This document shows positions 1 to 8,004 of a stretch of DNA of 64,000 nucleotides, in pieces. Both the position numbers and the translations under genes were made by a program. How positions within the stretch are numbered: position 1 is the first letter of the stretch; each line of letters opens with the position of its first letter. Origin of the DNA: an uncultured Gemmatimonadales bacterium (lineage in GTDB: Bacteria; Gemmatimonadota; Gemmatimonadetes; Longimicrobiales; RSA9); NCBI GenBank assembly GCA_963708135.1, contig OY970192.1, positions 1,344,001-1,408,000 on the forward strand, given 5' to 3'. Below the pieces are notes generated by a model. That model saw only the letters and a list, made by a program, of their open reading frames with translations. It made no database searches and was not told the origin of the DNA.

Positions 1-826
1 GCTCCGGGTGCCGGGCACGGCGAAGTCGCTCCTGGAGGCCCAGGCGGAGGGGGCGCACATCGACGTCGTCTACGGCGCGGCGCAGGCGGTGGAGCTGGCG
101 CGCGGGACGAGCGAGGAGGTGGTCTTCTTCGCGACTGGCTTCGAGACGACGGCGGTCGCGACCGCGGCGCTCGTGCTCTCGGACCCTCCGCCGAACTTCT
201 CGGTGCTCTCGGCGCACAAGTACATCCCGCCGGCGATGGAGATCGTGGCGGAAATGCCCGAGAGCCGGGTGGAGGGGTTTCTGGCCGCGGGGCACGCGGC
301 CGCGATCACGGGCTGGGGGATCTTCGAGCGGTTCGTGGAGCGCCACGGCATTCCCGTGGTGGTGGCCGGCTTCGAGCCGCTGGACATCCTGGCCGGGCTT
401 GTCCAGCTGGTGGAGCTCATCCGCGACGGCAGGGCGGAGGTCCGCAACGCCTTCCCGCGCTGCGTGACGAAGCAGGGCAACGTCAACGCGCAGCGGCAGC
501 TCTGGCAGGTGTTCCGTTCGACGGGCGGACAGTGGCGCGGCATCGCGCACGTGCCGAACGGCAACCTTCGCCTGAGGGATGCCTACGCGCAGCTGGACGC
601 GCGTCGCCGCTTCGACATCGACCTGCGCCGGTTCTGGAGCATGGCGCCGCCGGCGCTCACGCAGACGTGCATCTGCGGGGACATCATGGCAGGGACCCGC
701 TCTCCGTCGGACTGCCCGCTGTTCGGCAAGGAGTGCGTGCCGGACGCGCCCGTGGGCGCCTGCATGGTGAGCAGCGAAGGCACGTGCCGCATCTGGCACC
801 AGTACGGGGGGCATCCGAAGCTATGA
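1..826 (+). CDS. hypD: Hydrogenase maturation protein HypD (5' end outside the window)
   Basis: LRVPG at the window edge, GFETT motif, C-terminal CxC...C...C...GACMVSSEGTC. The frame is open to the window start. Confidence 0.95.
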   Translation, partial: LRVPGTAKSLLEAQAEGAHIDVVYGAAQAVELARGTSEEVVFFATGFETTAVATAALVLSDPPPNFSVLSAHKYIPPAMEIVAEMPESRVEGFLAAGHAAAITGWGIFERFVERHGIPVVVAGFEPLDILAGLVQLVELIRDGRAEVRNAFPRCVTKQGNVNAQRQLWQVFRSTGGQWRGIAHVPNGNLRLRDAYAQLDARRRFDIDLRRFWSMAPPALTQTCICGDIMAGTRSPSDCPLFGKECVPDAPVGACMVSSEGTCRIWHQYGGHPKL

Positions 827-1878
827 GCGCGACCGACGCCTGTGTGGTGACGCTGGGCCGCGAGGAGCGCGTGCTGATGAAGCATGGCGCCGGCGGGCGG
901 GCAATGCGGCGGCTGATCGAGAGCACGCTGACGCCGCAGTTCATCGGGCAGCCTGTGGACGGAGTGGGTCTCGCCGCGTTCGACGACGGCGCCGCCCTGC
1001 GGATCGGCGACCAGTGGCTGGTGGTCACCACGGATTCGCACGTGGTGCAGCCGATCTTCTTCCCGGGCGGCGACATCGGGCGCCTCTCGGTCTCCGGCAC
1101 TGTGAACGATCTCGCGATGATGGGGGCGGTCGAGCCGCTCGGCATCACGTGCGCGCTGATCGTCGAGGAGGGCTTCCCGATGGCGGACCTCGAGCGGATC
1201 CACCGCTCCATGGCGGCGGCGTGCGAGGAAGCCGGCGCCGCGATCGTCACCGGCGACACGAAGGTGATGGGGAGGGGCGAGCTGGACGGGGTCGTCCTGA
1301 ACACCACCGGCGTGGCGCTGACGCGGCGCTACATCCCCGACGCCGGCCTGCGGCCGGGGGATCGGATCCTCGTGACGGGCACGATCGGGGACCATGGCAT
1401 CGCGCTGATGGCTGCGCGCAAGGGGTTCGGTCTCGATGCCGACCTCGTTTCCGACGTCGCCCCGATCAACGGGCTGATCCGGGCCGCCCTCGAGGCCGCC
1501 GGCGATGCCGTCACGGCCATGAAGGATCCCACGCGGGGCGGCGTGGCCAGCGCGCTCCACGAGATGGCGCAGAAATCCGGAGTCGGCATCGTGGTGGACG
1601 AGGCGGCGGTGCCCGTGAGCGGCGTCGTGGCGGCGGCCGCCGAGATGCTGGGGCTCGACCCGCTCCAGATCGCGAACGAGGGCAAGGCGGTGCTGGGCGT
1701 TCGCGCCGACGCGGCCGAGCGCGTGCTGACGGCGCTGCGCGCCCATCCCCTCGGCGCCAACGCGGCGATTATCGGCTCGTGCACGACGGAGCACGCCGGT
1801 CAGCTGGTGCTGGACACCGGGTTCGGCCGCCGGCTCCTCTCGGAGCCCGAGGGCGAGCCGCTCCCTCGCATCTGCTGA
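823..1878 (+). CDS. hypE: Hydrogenase maturation carbamoyl dehydratase HypE
   Basis: HGAGG, TTDSHVVQPIFFPGGDIG, GTVNDLAMMGA, KDPTRGG, C-terminal PRIC. ATGA overlap with the hypD stop. Confidence 0.97.
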   Translation: MSATDACVVTLGREERVLMKHGAGGRAMRRLIESTLTPQFIGQPVDGVGLAAFDDGAALRIGDQWLVVTTDSHVVQPIFFPGGDIGRLSVSGTVNDLAMMGAVEPLGITCALIVEEGFPMADLERIHRSMAAACEEAGAAIVTGDTKVMGRGELDGVVLNTTGVALTRRYIPDAGLRPGDRILVTGTIGDHGIALMAARKGFGLDADLVSDVAPINGLIRAALEAAGDAVTAMKDPTRGGVASALHEMAQKSGVGIVVDEAAVPVSGVVAAAAEMLGLDPLQIANEGKAVLGVRADAAERVLTALRAHPLGANAAIIGSCTTEHAGQLVLDTGFGRRLLSEPEGEPLPRIC

Positions 1879-1888
1879 GGACCGCACC

Positions 1889-2656
1889 ATGATCGCGGAC
1901 GGCCGGCGGCGACTGCGCGTGGCGGTGCTCTTCTCGCACCGCGCCCCCGGCCTCGACTACGTGCTCGAGGCGGACCCCGGACGCGGGCCGCTGTACGAGC
2001 TGGTCGCGTGTGTGACGAGCGAGCCGGCGAACGCGGAGCACGGTCGCCTCGCGGAGCAGGGCGTGCCGCTCCTCGCCCACGACATCCACGCCTTCCACCA
2101 GGCGCGCGGCGCGCCTCTCTCCGACCCGGACGTCCGGCGCGCGTACGACGCGGCGATGGCGACGCTCCTCGAGCCGTTCGCGCCCGACCTCGTCGTCCTG
2201 TGTGCGTACCTCTACCTCGTTGGTGAGCCGCTGCTGGGCGCCTTCGAGGGGCGGATCGTGAACATCCACGATGCCGACCTCCGCTTGCGCGATGCCGACG
2301 GCAGGCCTCGGTATCCGGGGCTCCACGCCGTGCGCGATGCCATCCTCGCCGGGGAGAAGGACACGCGGAGCACGGTGCACATGGTGACGGCCGACCTCGA
2401 CGCGGGACCGGTCGTCACGGTGTCGCGCGCGTTCCCGGTGCATCAGCGCTTGGTCCGTGAGGCGTGCGCCACCGGCGCCACGGACGCACTGAAGGCCTAC
2501 GCGTACGCGCACCGCGAGTGGATGATGCGCCTCAGCTGGGGGCCGCTGCTCTCCAGGGTGCTCGAGAAGGCCGCAATGAGCCGCAATCACCGCCTGTTAC
2601 GCGAGCGCCCCCAGGTCGCGCCGCGTGCCCTCCCGCCAGCTCCGGCGGAGCCGTGA
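1889..2656 (+). CDS. PurN-like N10-formyl-THF-dependent formyltransferase (candidate HypX N-terminal half)
   Basis: PDLVVLCAY, VNIHDADL, YPGLHAV and TVHMVTADLDAGPVV retain the Asn/His/Asp catalytic pattern of formyltransferases. Starts 10 bp after hypE. Confidence 0.88.
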   Translation: MIADGRRRLRVAVLFSHRAPGLDYVLEADPGRGPLYELVACVTSEPANAEHGRLAEQGVPLLAHDIHAFHQARGAPLSDPDVRRAYDAAMATLLEPFAPDLVVLCAYLYLVGEPLLGAFEGRIVNIHDADLRLRDADGRPRYPGLHAVRDAILAGEKDTRSTVHMVTADLDAGPVVTVSRAFPVHQRLVREACATGATDALKAYAYAHREWMMRLSWGPLLSRVLEKAAMSRNHRLLRERPQVAPRALPPAPAEP

Positions 2657-2679
2657 GCCGAGCGCGCGAGGGGGCGTCC

Positions 2680-3510
2680 ATGCCGAACATCCGCGTCGAG
2701 CACGACGGCGCCGTCGGCATCCTCACCATCGCCCGCCGGGAGCGCTTCAACTCCCTCGACGTCAGGACCGCGCAGGACTTCCGGCGCGCCGGCATCCAGC
2801 TCGCGCGGGATTCGGCGGTCCGGTGCGTGGTGCTGCGGGGCGAGGGCGGCGTGTTCTGCAGCGGTGCGGACCTGAAGTACATACGGGAGCGCGGCGAGGC
2901 CTCCGACTTCTCCTACCTCCAGCCGGAAGGTGGTGCGCCGGCAAAGGGTTACGGCGAGAGCTTCAAGCAGATTCTCGAGTACATCCACAGCACGATCTCC
3001 GAGATCGAGCGGGCCCCGAAACCCTTTATCGCGGCGGTGGATGGCATCGCCGCGGCCGGGGGGTTCGGCATCGCCATGGCGTGCGATCTCGTCTTTGCCT
3101 CCCGGAGCGCGGCCTTCGAGTGGGCCTACCATAAGACGGGCCTCACGGGCGCGGAGAGCTCGACCTTCTTCCTTCCGCGTCTGGTCGGTCTGCGGCAGGC
3201 GCTCGAGCTGGTCCTCCTCAATCCGCGGCTCGACGCGGAGGAAGCATTGCGCCGCGGCCTGATCACGGGCGTGCTCGAGGACGACGGCTTCCACGAGGCG
3301 GTGCTCGCGGTGGCGCGCCGGCTCGCCGAGGGGCCGACGGAGGCGTACGGCATCGCGAAGTCGCTGATCCACCGGGCGGCGGGCGTGGAGCAGCTCGACT
3401 ATCACCTGGACGAGGAGCTGCGGAGTCTGGCGCGGATCGCGGAGGGGCGTGACTTCGCCGAAGGGCTGGAGGCGTTCTTCGGGAAGCGGAAGCCGGACTT
3501 CGGCGGCTAG
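2680..3510 (+). CDS. Enoyl-CoA hydratase/isomerase (crotonase) fold protein (candidate HypX C-terminal half)
   Basis: FCSGADL oxyanion motif, PKPFIAAVDGIAAAGG, LPRLVG, C-terminal F..KRKP. ATG at 2680 after a GAGGGG RBS. Confidence 0.9.
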   Translation: MPNIRVEHDGAVGILTIARRERFNSLDVRTAQDFRRAGIQLARDSAVRCVVLRGEGGVFCSGADLKYIRERGEASDFSYLQPEGGAPAKGYGESFKQILEYIHSTISEIERAPKPFIAAVDGIAAAGGFGIAMACDLVFASRSAAFEWAYHKTGLTGAESSTFFLPRLVGLRQALELVLLNPRLDAEEALRRGLITGVLEDDGFHEAVLAVARRLAEGPTEAYGIAKSLIHRAAGVEQLDYHLDEELRSLARIAEGRDFAEGLEAFFGKRKPDFGG

Positions 3511-3514
3511 CGGC

Positions 3515-5839
3515 TCACTGCCGCGCCTTCGCATACGCCACCACGGCCTGGCCGAGTGCCAGGCCGCCGTCGTTTGGCGGGACGAGCCGGTGCGTGTAGA
3601 CCTCGAAGCCGGCCGCGCCGAGTCGCTCGCTCAGCCGGTCCGTCAGGAGCGCGCTCTGGAAGCAGCCGCCGCTCAGGCACACCCGCTCGATTCCGGTCGC
3701 ATGCCCCACGAGCGTGCAGAGGCGGGCGGTCGCGGCGGCGACCGTGTTGTGGAACGCGCCGGCGATCGCGGACACCGGCACCCCGGCGCGGTGGTCCTGC
3801 CACAAGGCCCGCAGCGTCGGCGCCGGATCCAGGACGTGCACACCGCCATCGGCGGTCAGGATGTCGAAGGGGTAGACGACATCGCATGCCGCATCCGCCA
3901 CAGCCTCGAGCCGGACCGCCGGCTCTCCCTCGTACGCGGCCCGGGTGCAGACGCCCAGCAGCGCGGAGACGGCGTCGAAGAGGCGCCCGCAGGACGAGGT
4001 CATCGGCGAGTTCAGGCGCAGCTCCAGCTGCCGCCGCAGCACCTGCCGCTCGAGGCCCGCGAAGCGCTCGAAGAACGGCTCCAGCCGCTCCTCCGCCTCC
4101 GGCAGCATCTCCCACAGATACGCGGCGGCCATGCGGTCGGGGCGCCGGATCGCGGCCTCGCCGCCGAGCATCGGCACGGTCCGCAGGTGCGCCGCGCGCC
4201 TGAAGTCGGACCAGTCGGCCACGAGCACCTCGCCGCCCCACACCGTGCCGTCGGTGCCGTAGCCCGTCCCGTCGTACGCCACGCCGATGACGGGACCGAC
4301 CAGCCCGTTCTCCGCCATGCACGCCGCGATGTGCGCGTGGTGGTGCTGAACGGCGACGCGCAGCTCGCCGTCGGACGCGAGGCGCGCCGCGAGCAGGGTT
4401 GACATGTAGTCGGGGTGCATGTCGTGCGCGATGATACGCGGGTGGACGCGGAAGAGGTCGCGGTAGAGCTCGAGCGAGCCCGTGAAGTGCTCCAGGGTCT
4501 CGAGGTTCTCGAGGTCGCCGATGTGCTGGCTGAGAAACGCCTTGGACCCCTTCACGAGGCAGAAGGCGCTCTTCTGCTGGCCTCCGCACGCCAGGATGTC
4601 CGCGGCCGCGGAGAAGGGAAGGTCCACGGGCGCGGGCGCGAGCCCCCGCGAGCGCCGGATCGGCGTCGGCGTCTCGCCGAGCACGCGCACGACGGAGTCG
4701 TCGTAGCGCGCGCGGATGTCGCGGTCGTGGAGCAGGAAGGCGTCCGCCACGTCGGAGAGGCGGTCGAGCGCCTCCGCGTTCCCGATGGCGATCGGCTCCT
4801 CGCTCAGATTGCCGCTCGTCATGACCAGCGGCCCGTCGAAGGCCGCGACCAGCAGATGGTGGAGCGGCGTGTAGGGCAGCATGAGCCCGACCGTATCGAG
4901 GCCGGGCGCGACGGCCGGGGCAAGGCCCGAATCGGCACGGGCACGGACGAGCACGATCGGGCGCTCCCGCGAGCAGAGCACCGCCGCCTCGACGCCGGTG
5001 AGCTCCGCCACCCGTTCCGCCTGCAGCCGGTCGGCGACCATGACGGCCAGCGGCTTGCCGTAGCGGTGCTTCCGCTCCCGCAGCCGGGAGACCGCCGCCT
5101 CGTCCCGGGCATCGCAGGCGAGGTGGAAGCCGCCGAGCCCCTTCAGCGCGACGACGGCGCCCTCGCGCAGCAGCGCGGCGGCACCCGCGATCGGATCGCC
5201 CTCCGGTGCGGGCCGTCCCGGCGCGTGGAGCCAGACCTTCGGCCCGCACGTCGGGCAGGCGACCGGCTGCGCGTGGAAGCGTCGGTCGCGCGGGTCCTCG
5301 TATTCGCGCCGGCACGCCTCGCACAGCGCGAACTCTCGCATGGTCGTGCGCGCCCGGTCGTAGGGCATGCTCTCGATGATCGTGAAGCGAGGCCCGCAGT
5401 GCGTGCAGTTGATGAAGGGATAGAGGTAGCGGCGGTCGGCGGGGTCGAAGAGCTCGCGCAGGCAGTCGTCGCACGTCGCCACGTCGGGCGAGATGTTCTG
5501 CCAGCCGAAGTCCTGCCTGCTGGTGCGGATCTCGAAGGTTTCGAACCCCTCCGGCTCGTGCGGCTCGGCCACCACGGTCTCGATGCGGGCGAGCGGCGGG
5601 GGATCGCGGCGGAGATCCTGGAGGAACGTCTCGAGCGAGGGCGCGGCCCCCTCCACGTGGATCTCGACGAGCTCGGCCGTGTTGCGGACCCAGCCGCTCA
5701 GGGCGTGCTCCTCCGCGAGGCGGAAGACGAACGGGCGGAAGCCGACCCCCTGTACGGTGCCCGTGATCCGGACGCGCAGCCCCGAGAGCGGAGCCGATCC
5801 ACGACGGGTGCCGCCCTCGGCGGCGCGCGTTCGGTGCAC
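3515..5839 (-). CDS. hypF: Carbamoyltransferase HypF
   Basis: Acylphosphatase domain GTVQGVGFRPFV, two zinc-finger CxxC pairs, KGLGGFHLACDA, QHHHAH, PPNDGGLALGQ. Start uncertain (GTG 5839; ORF open to 5896). Confidence 0.96.
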   Translation of the reverse strand: MHRTRAAEGGTRRGSAPLSGLRVRITGTVQGVGFRPFVFRLAEEHALSGWVRNTAELVEIHVEGAAPSLETFLQDLRRDPPPLARIETVVAEPHEPEGFETFEIRTSRQDFGWQNISPDVATCDDCLRELFDPADRRYLYPFINCTHCGPRFTIIESMPYDRARTTMREFALCEACRREYEDPRDRRFHAQPVACPTCGPKVWLHAPGRPAPEGDPIAGAAALLREGAVVALKGLGGFHLACDARDEAAVSRLRERKHRYGKPLAVMVADRLQAERVAELTGVEAAVLCSRERPIVLVRARADSGLAPAVAPGLDTVGLMLPYTPLHHLLVAAFDGPLVMTSGNLSEEPIAIGNAEALDRLSDVADAFLLHDRDIRARYDDSVVRVLGETPTPIRRSRGLAPAPVDLPFSAAADILACGGQQKSAFCLVKGSKAFLSQHIGDLENLETLEHFTGSLELYRDLFRVHPRIIAHDMHPDYMSTLLAARLASDGELRVAVQHHHAHIAACMAENGLVGPVIGVAYDGTGYGTDGTVWGGEVLVADWSDFRRAAHLRTVPMLGGEAAIRRPDRMAAAYLWEMLPEAEERLEPFFERFAGLERQVLRRQLELRLNSPMTSSCGRLFDAVSALLGVCTRAAYEGEPAVRLEAVADAACDVVYPFDILTADGGVHVLDPAPTLRALWQDHRAGVPVSAIAGAFHNTVAAATARLCTLVGHATGIERVCLSGGCFQSALLTDRLSERLGAAGFEVYTHRLVPPNDGGLALGQAVVAYAKARQ

Positions 5840-5844
5840 GGCCC

Positions 5845-6522
5845 TCAGCCCGTCACGACGCGCGTTCTGACCTGCGTACGCAGGAAATCGTACCATTCCT
5901 CCAGCCCCGCGCCGGTGAGCGCGGAGGTGAAGAAGAAGCGCAGGTCCGGGTTGATCTCGCGCGCGAACGCCACGGCCTTGTCCATATCGTAGGGCAGGTA
6001 CGGTAGCAGATCGATCTTGTTGATGATGGCGTAGCGCGCCCGGCGAAACATCGACGGGTACTTGAGCGGCTTGTCCTCGCCCTCCGTGACGGACAGGACG
6101 ACGACCTTCGAGTCCTCCCCCAGATCCCAGCTCGCGGGGCAGACCAGGTTGCCGACGTTCTCGATGAAGAGCAGTCCGGTCTCATCGAGGTCGATGGCCT
6201 CGAGAGCCGTGGCCACCTGGCGCGCGTCGAGATGGCACGCTCCGCCGGTCACGACCGCCTGAACCAGGCGCTCCGTGTGCCGGGCCAGCCGGTCCGCGTC
6301 GTTCTGCGTCTGCACGTCCCCCGTCACCACCGCCGCGCGAAGCTCCGTGCCGACATCGGCCAGCGTCCGCTCCAGCAGCGCGGTTTTCCCGGACCCCGGC
6401 GAGGAAACCAGGTTGAAGGTGGTGACGCCGGCATCGGCAAGGCGACGGCGCACGTCCCGCGCGATCTCGTCGTTCTTCGCCAGGACCCGCTCCCTCACCT
6501 CAATCGTCCGGACCGCCATCAT
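5845..6522 (-). CDS. hypB: Hydrogenase nickel incorporation GTPase HypB
   Basis: SSPGSGKT, CHLDA, ENVGNLVCPA, EGEDKPLKYP, NKIDL. Confidence 0.97.
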   Translation of the reverse strand: MMAVRTIEVRERVLAKNDEIARDVRRRLADAGVTTFNLVSSPGSGKTALLERTLADVGTELRAAVVTGDVQTQNDADRLARHTERLVQAVVTGGACHLDARQVATALEAIDLDETGLLFIENVGNLVCPASWDLGEDSKVVVLSVTEGEDKPLKYPSMFRRARYAIINKIDLLPYLPYDMDKAVAFAREINPDLRFFFTSALTGAGLEEWYDFLRTQVRTRVVTG

Positions 6523-6760
6523 CCACCTCCAGGTAGCTCACGCGCAGCACGTCACCCGGCAGCCGCAGCAGCACCGGGCGTGCCGCCACAAAGGGCGGCT
6601 GCGTCAGCAGCGCGTCGAGACAGAACTCCAGGTTCTCGGCCTCGAGGCCCGCGTCATCACCGACCTCGACCCCGACTTCCACCACCGACGGGAGCGTCGC
6701 GAGGCCGACCTGCTCCTCCACGATGCGGCAGACCTCCATCGCGACGCTCATCTCATGCAT
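6500..6760 (-). CDS. hypA: Nickel metallochaperone HypA, short form without zinc finger
   Basis: N-terminal MHEMS Ni-binding motif, LEFC, C-terminal LRVSYLEVD. Lies between the protease and hypB with overlapping start/stop codons. Confidence 0.85.
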   Translation of the reverse strand: MHEMSVAMEVCRIVEEQVGLATLPSVVEVGVEVGDDAGLEAENLEFCLDALLTQPPFVAARPVLLRLPGDVLRVSYLEVDDGGPDD

Positions 6761-7265
6761 ACGCCCGCTCCCGGAGGCGCCGCAACGCATGGCCCTCCCC
6801 GCGCAGCCGCTCGGCCACGGCCTCGACCAGCGCCGGCAGGCCGCGCTCCAGAACCGGGCTCAGCTCGACCTGCATCTCCAGGACTGCGGGCTGCAGGCCC
6901 ATGGCCGCGGTGCGGGCAGGGAGGGTGCCGCGCCACTCCGCCAGCGCCAGCACCTCGCGCAGGTCGATCTGGTGCGGCGAGAGCTTGTGGCCGAAGTAGC
7001 GTGGGATCTCCTCGCGCTCGAGCACGATCTGCGTGCCCGGCGCGGTCCGCAGGTCGATCGCGTCGAGGAAGAGCAGGCTCTCCGCCTCCTCGATCATCGG
7101 CAGCAGGTTCATCCCCCAGGTCCCGCCATCGAGCACCTCGACCGTGGACGGCAGCTCCCAGTCCTGAACGAGACGGGCCAGGGCGGCAAGCCCCAGCCCG
7201 TCGTCGCCCATGAGCGGGTTGCCCAGGCCGATCACCGTGATCCGGCCCGGGCTTGCCTCAGTCAT
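6753..7265 (-). CDS. Hydrogenase maturation endopeptidase (HyaD/HybD family)
   Basis: GLGNPLMGDDGLG, DGGTWG, LDAID, SPHQ. Confidence 0.95.
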   Translation of the reverse strand: MTEASPGRITVIGLGNPLMGDDGLGLAALARLVQDWELPSTVEVLDGGTWGMNLLPMIEEAESLLFLDAIDLRTAPGTQIVLEREEIPRYFGHKLSPHQIDLREVLALAEWRGTLPARTAAMGLQPAVLEMQVELSPVLERGLPALVEAVAERLRGEGHALRRLRERAYA

Positions 7266-8004
7266 CCGTGTACTCCCGGTCCTCCGGTACGAACCGGCCA
7301 CCGCTGATGATCGAGGAGATCGTGCCCGTGCGTTCCACGACCTCCGCCCGCAGCGCCAGGTAGACGTGGATCGGAATGAAGATCAGGAAGACCCACGTCA
7401 GCACGTGGTGCACGAACCGCACGACCTGCATCCCGCCGAACAGCGGGCCCACCCAGTTGAACAGGTGGAAGAACAGCCCGTTCGGGTTCGACTGGCCGTA
7501 CATGGCGAACCCCGTCACCACCATGATCGCCGCCAGCAGATAGATGCCCGTATACGAGAGCTGCTGCAGCGGGTTGTGCCCGAGGTAGTGCGGCTCATCG
7601 TGATCGATCAGCAGGTAGTAGCGCGCCATCTTGACGAGGTTCTTCCAGTCCCGCCCGCGCACCGGGAAGAGCGCTCTCCAGCGCTCGAACTTGTTCCCCG
7701 CGAACAGCCAATAGAACCGCAGGATGGCTGTGGCCACGAGCACGCCCGCCGCGCTGAAGTGGACCAGCCGCACCCAGCCCATCATGAAGTGCTCGCTCGC
7801 GGCACCGCTCGGGAAGAAGTACGGCCTCCCGATGTAGAAGCCGGTCACCGCGAGCGTCAGGATGCAGCCGACGGCGATCCAGTGCATCGCGCGGATCGGC
7901 CACTGCCACAGGTAGACCCAGCGATACTCCCCGCTCGGCGGAGGGACCGGGTGCGCGATTCCTCGCGCACCCGGCTCGGCGATCGTCTGCTCGAGCTTCG
8001 TCAT
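7258..8004 (-). CDS. hyaC: Ni/Fe-hydrogenase b-type cytochrome subunit
   Basis: VYLWQWPIRAMHW, RLVHF, GHNPLQQLSY, HHVLTW...HVY. Four TM helices with heme His residues. Confidence 0.94.
   Translation of the reverse strand: MTKLEQTIAEPGARGIAHPVPPPSGEYRWVYLWQWPIRAMHWIAVGCILTLAVTGFYIGRPYFFPSGAASEHFMMGWVRLVHFSAAGVLVATAILRFYWLFAGNKFERWRALFPVRGRDWKNLVKMARYYLLIDHDEPHYLGHNPLQQLSYTGIYLLAAIMVVTGFAMYGQSNPNGLFFHLFNWVGPLFGGMQVVRFVHHVLTWVFLIFIPIHVYLALRAEVVERTGTISSIISGGRFVPEDREYTDD

Noticed and set aside
1889..2656. Annotation as housekeeping purN
   Set aside because: It lacks the PurN SGxGSN phosphate-binding loop and the HPSLLP motif, has no pur neighbours, and is embedded in the hyp operon.
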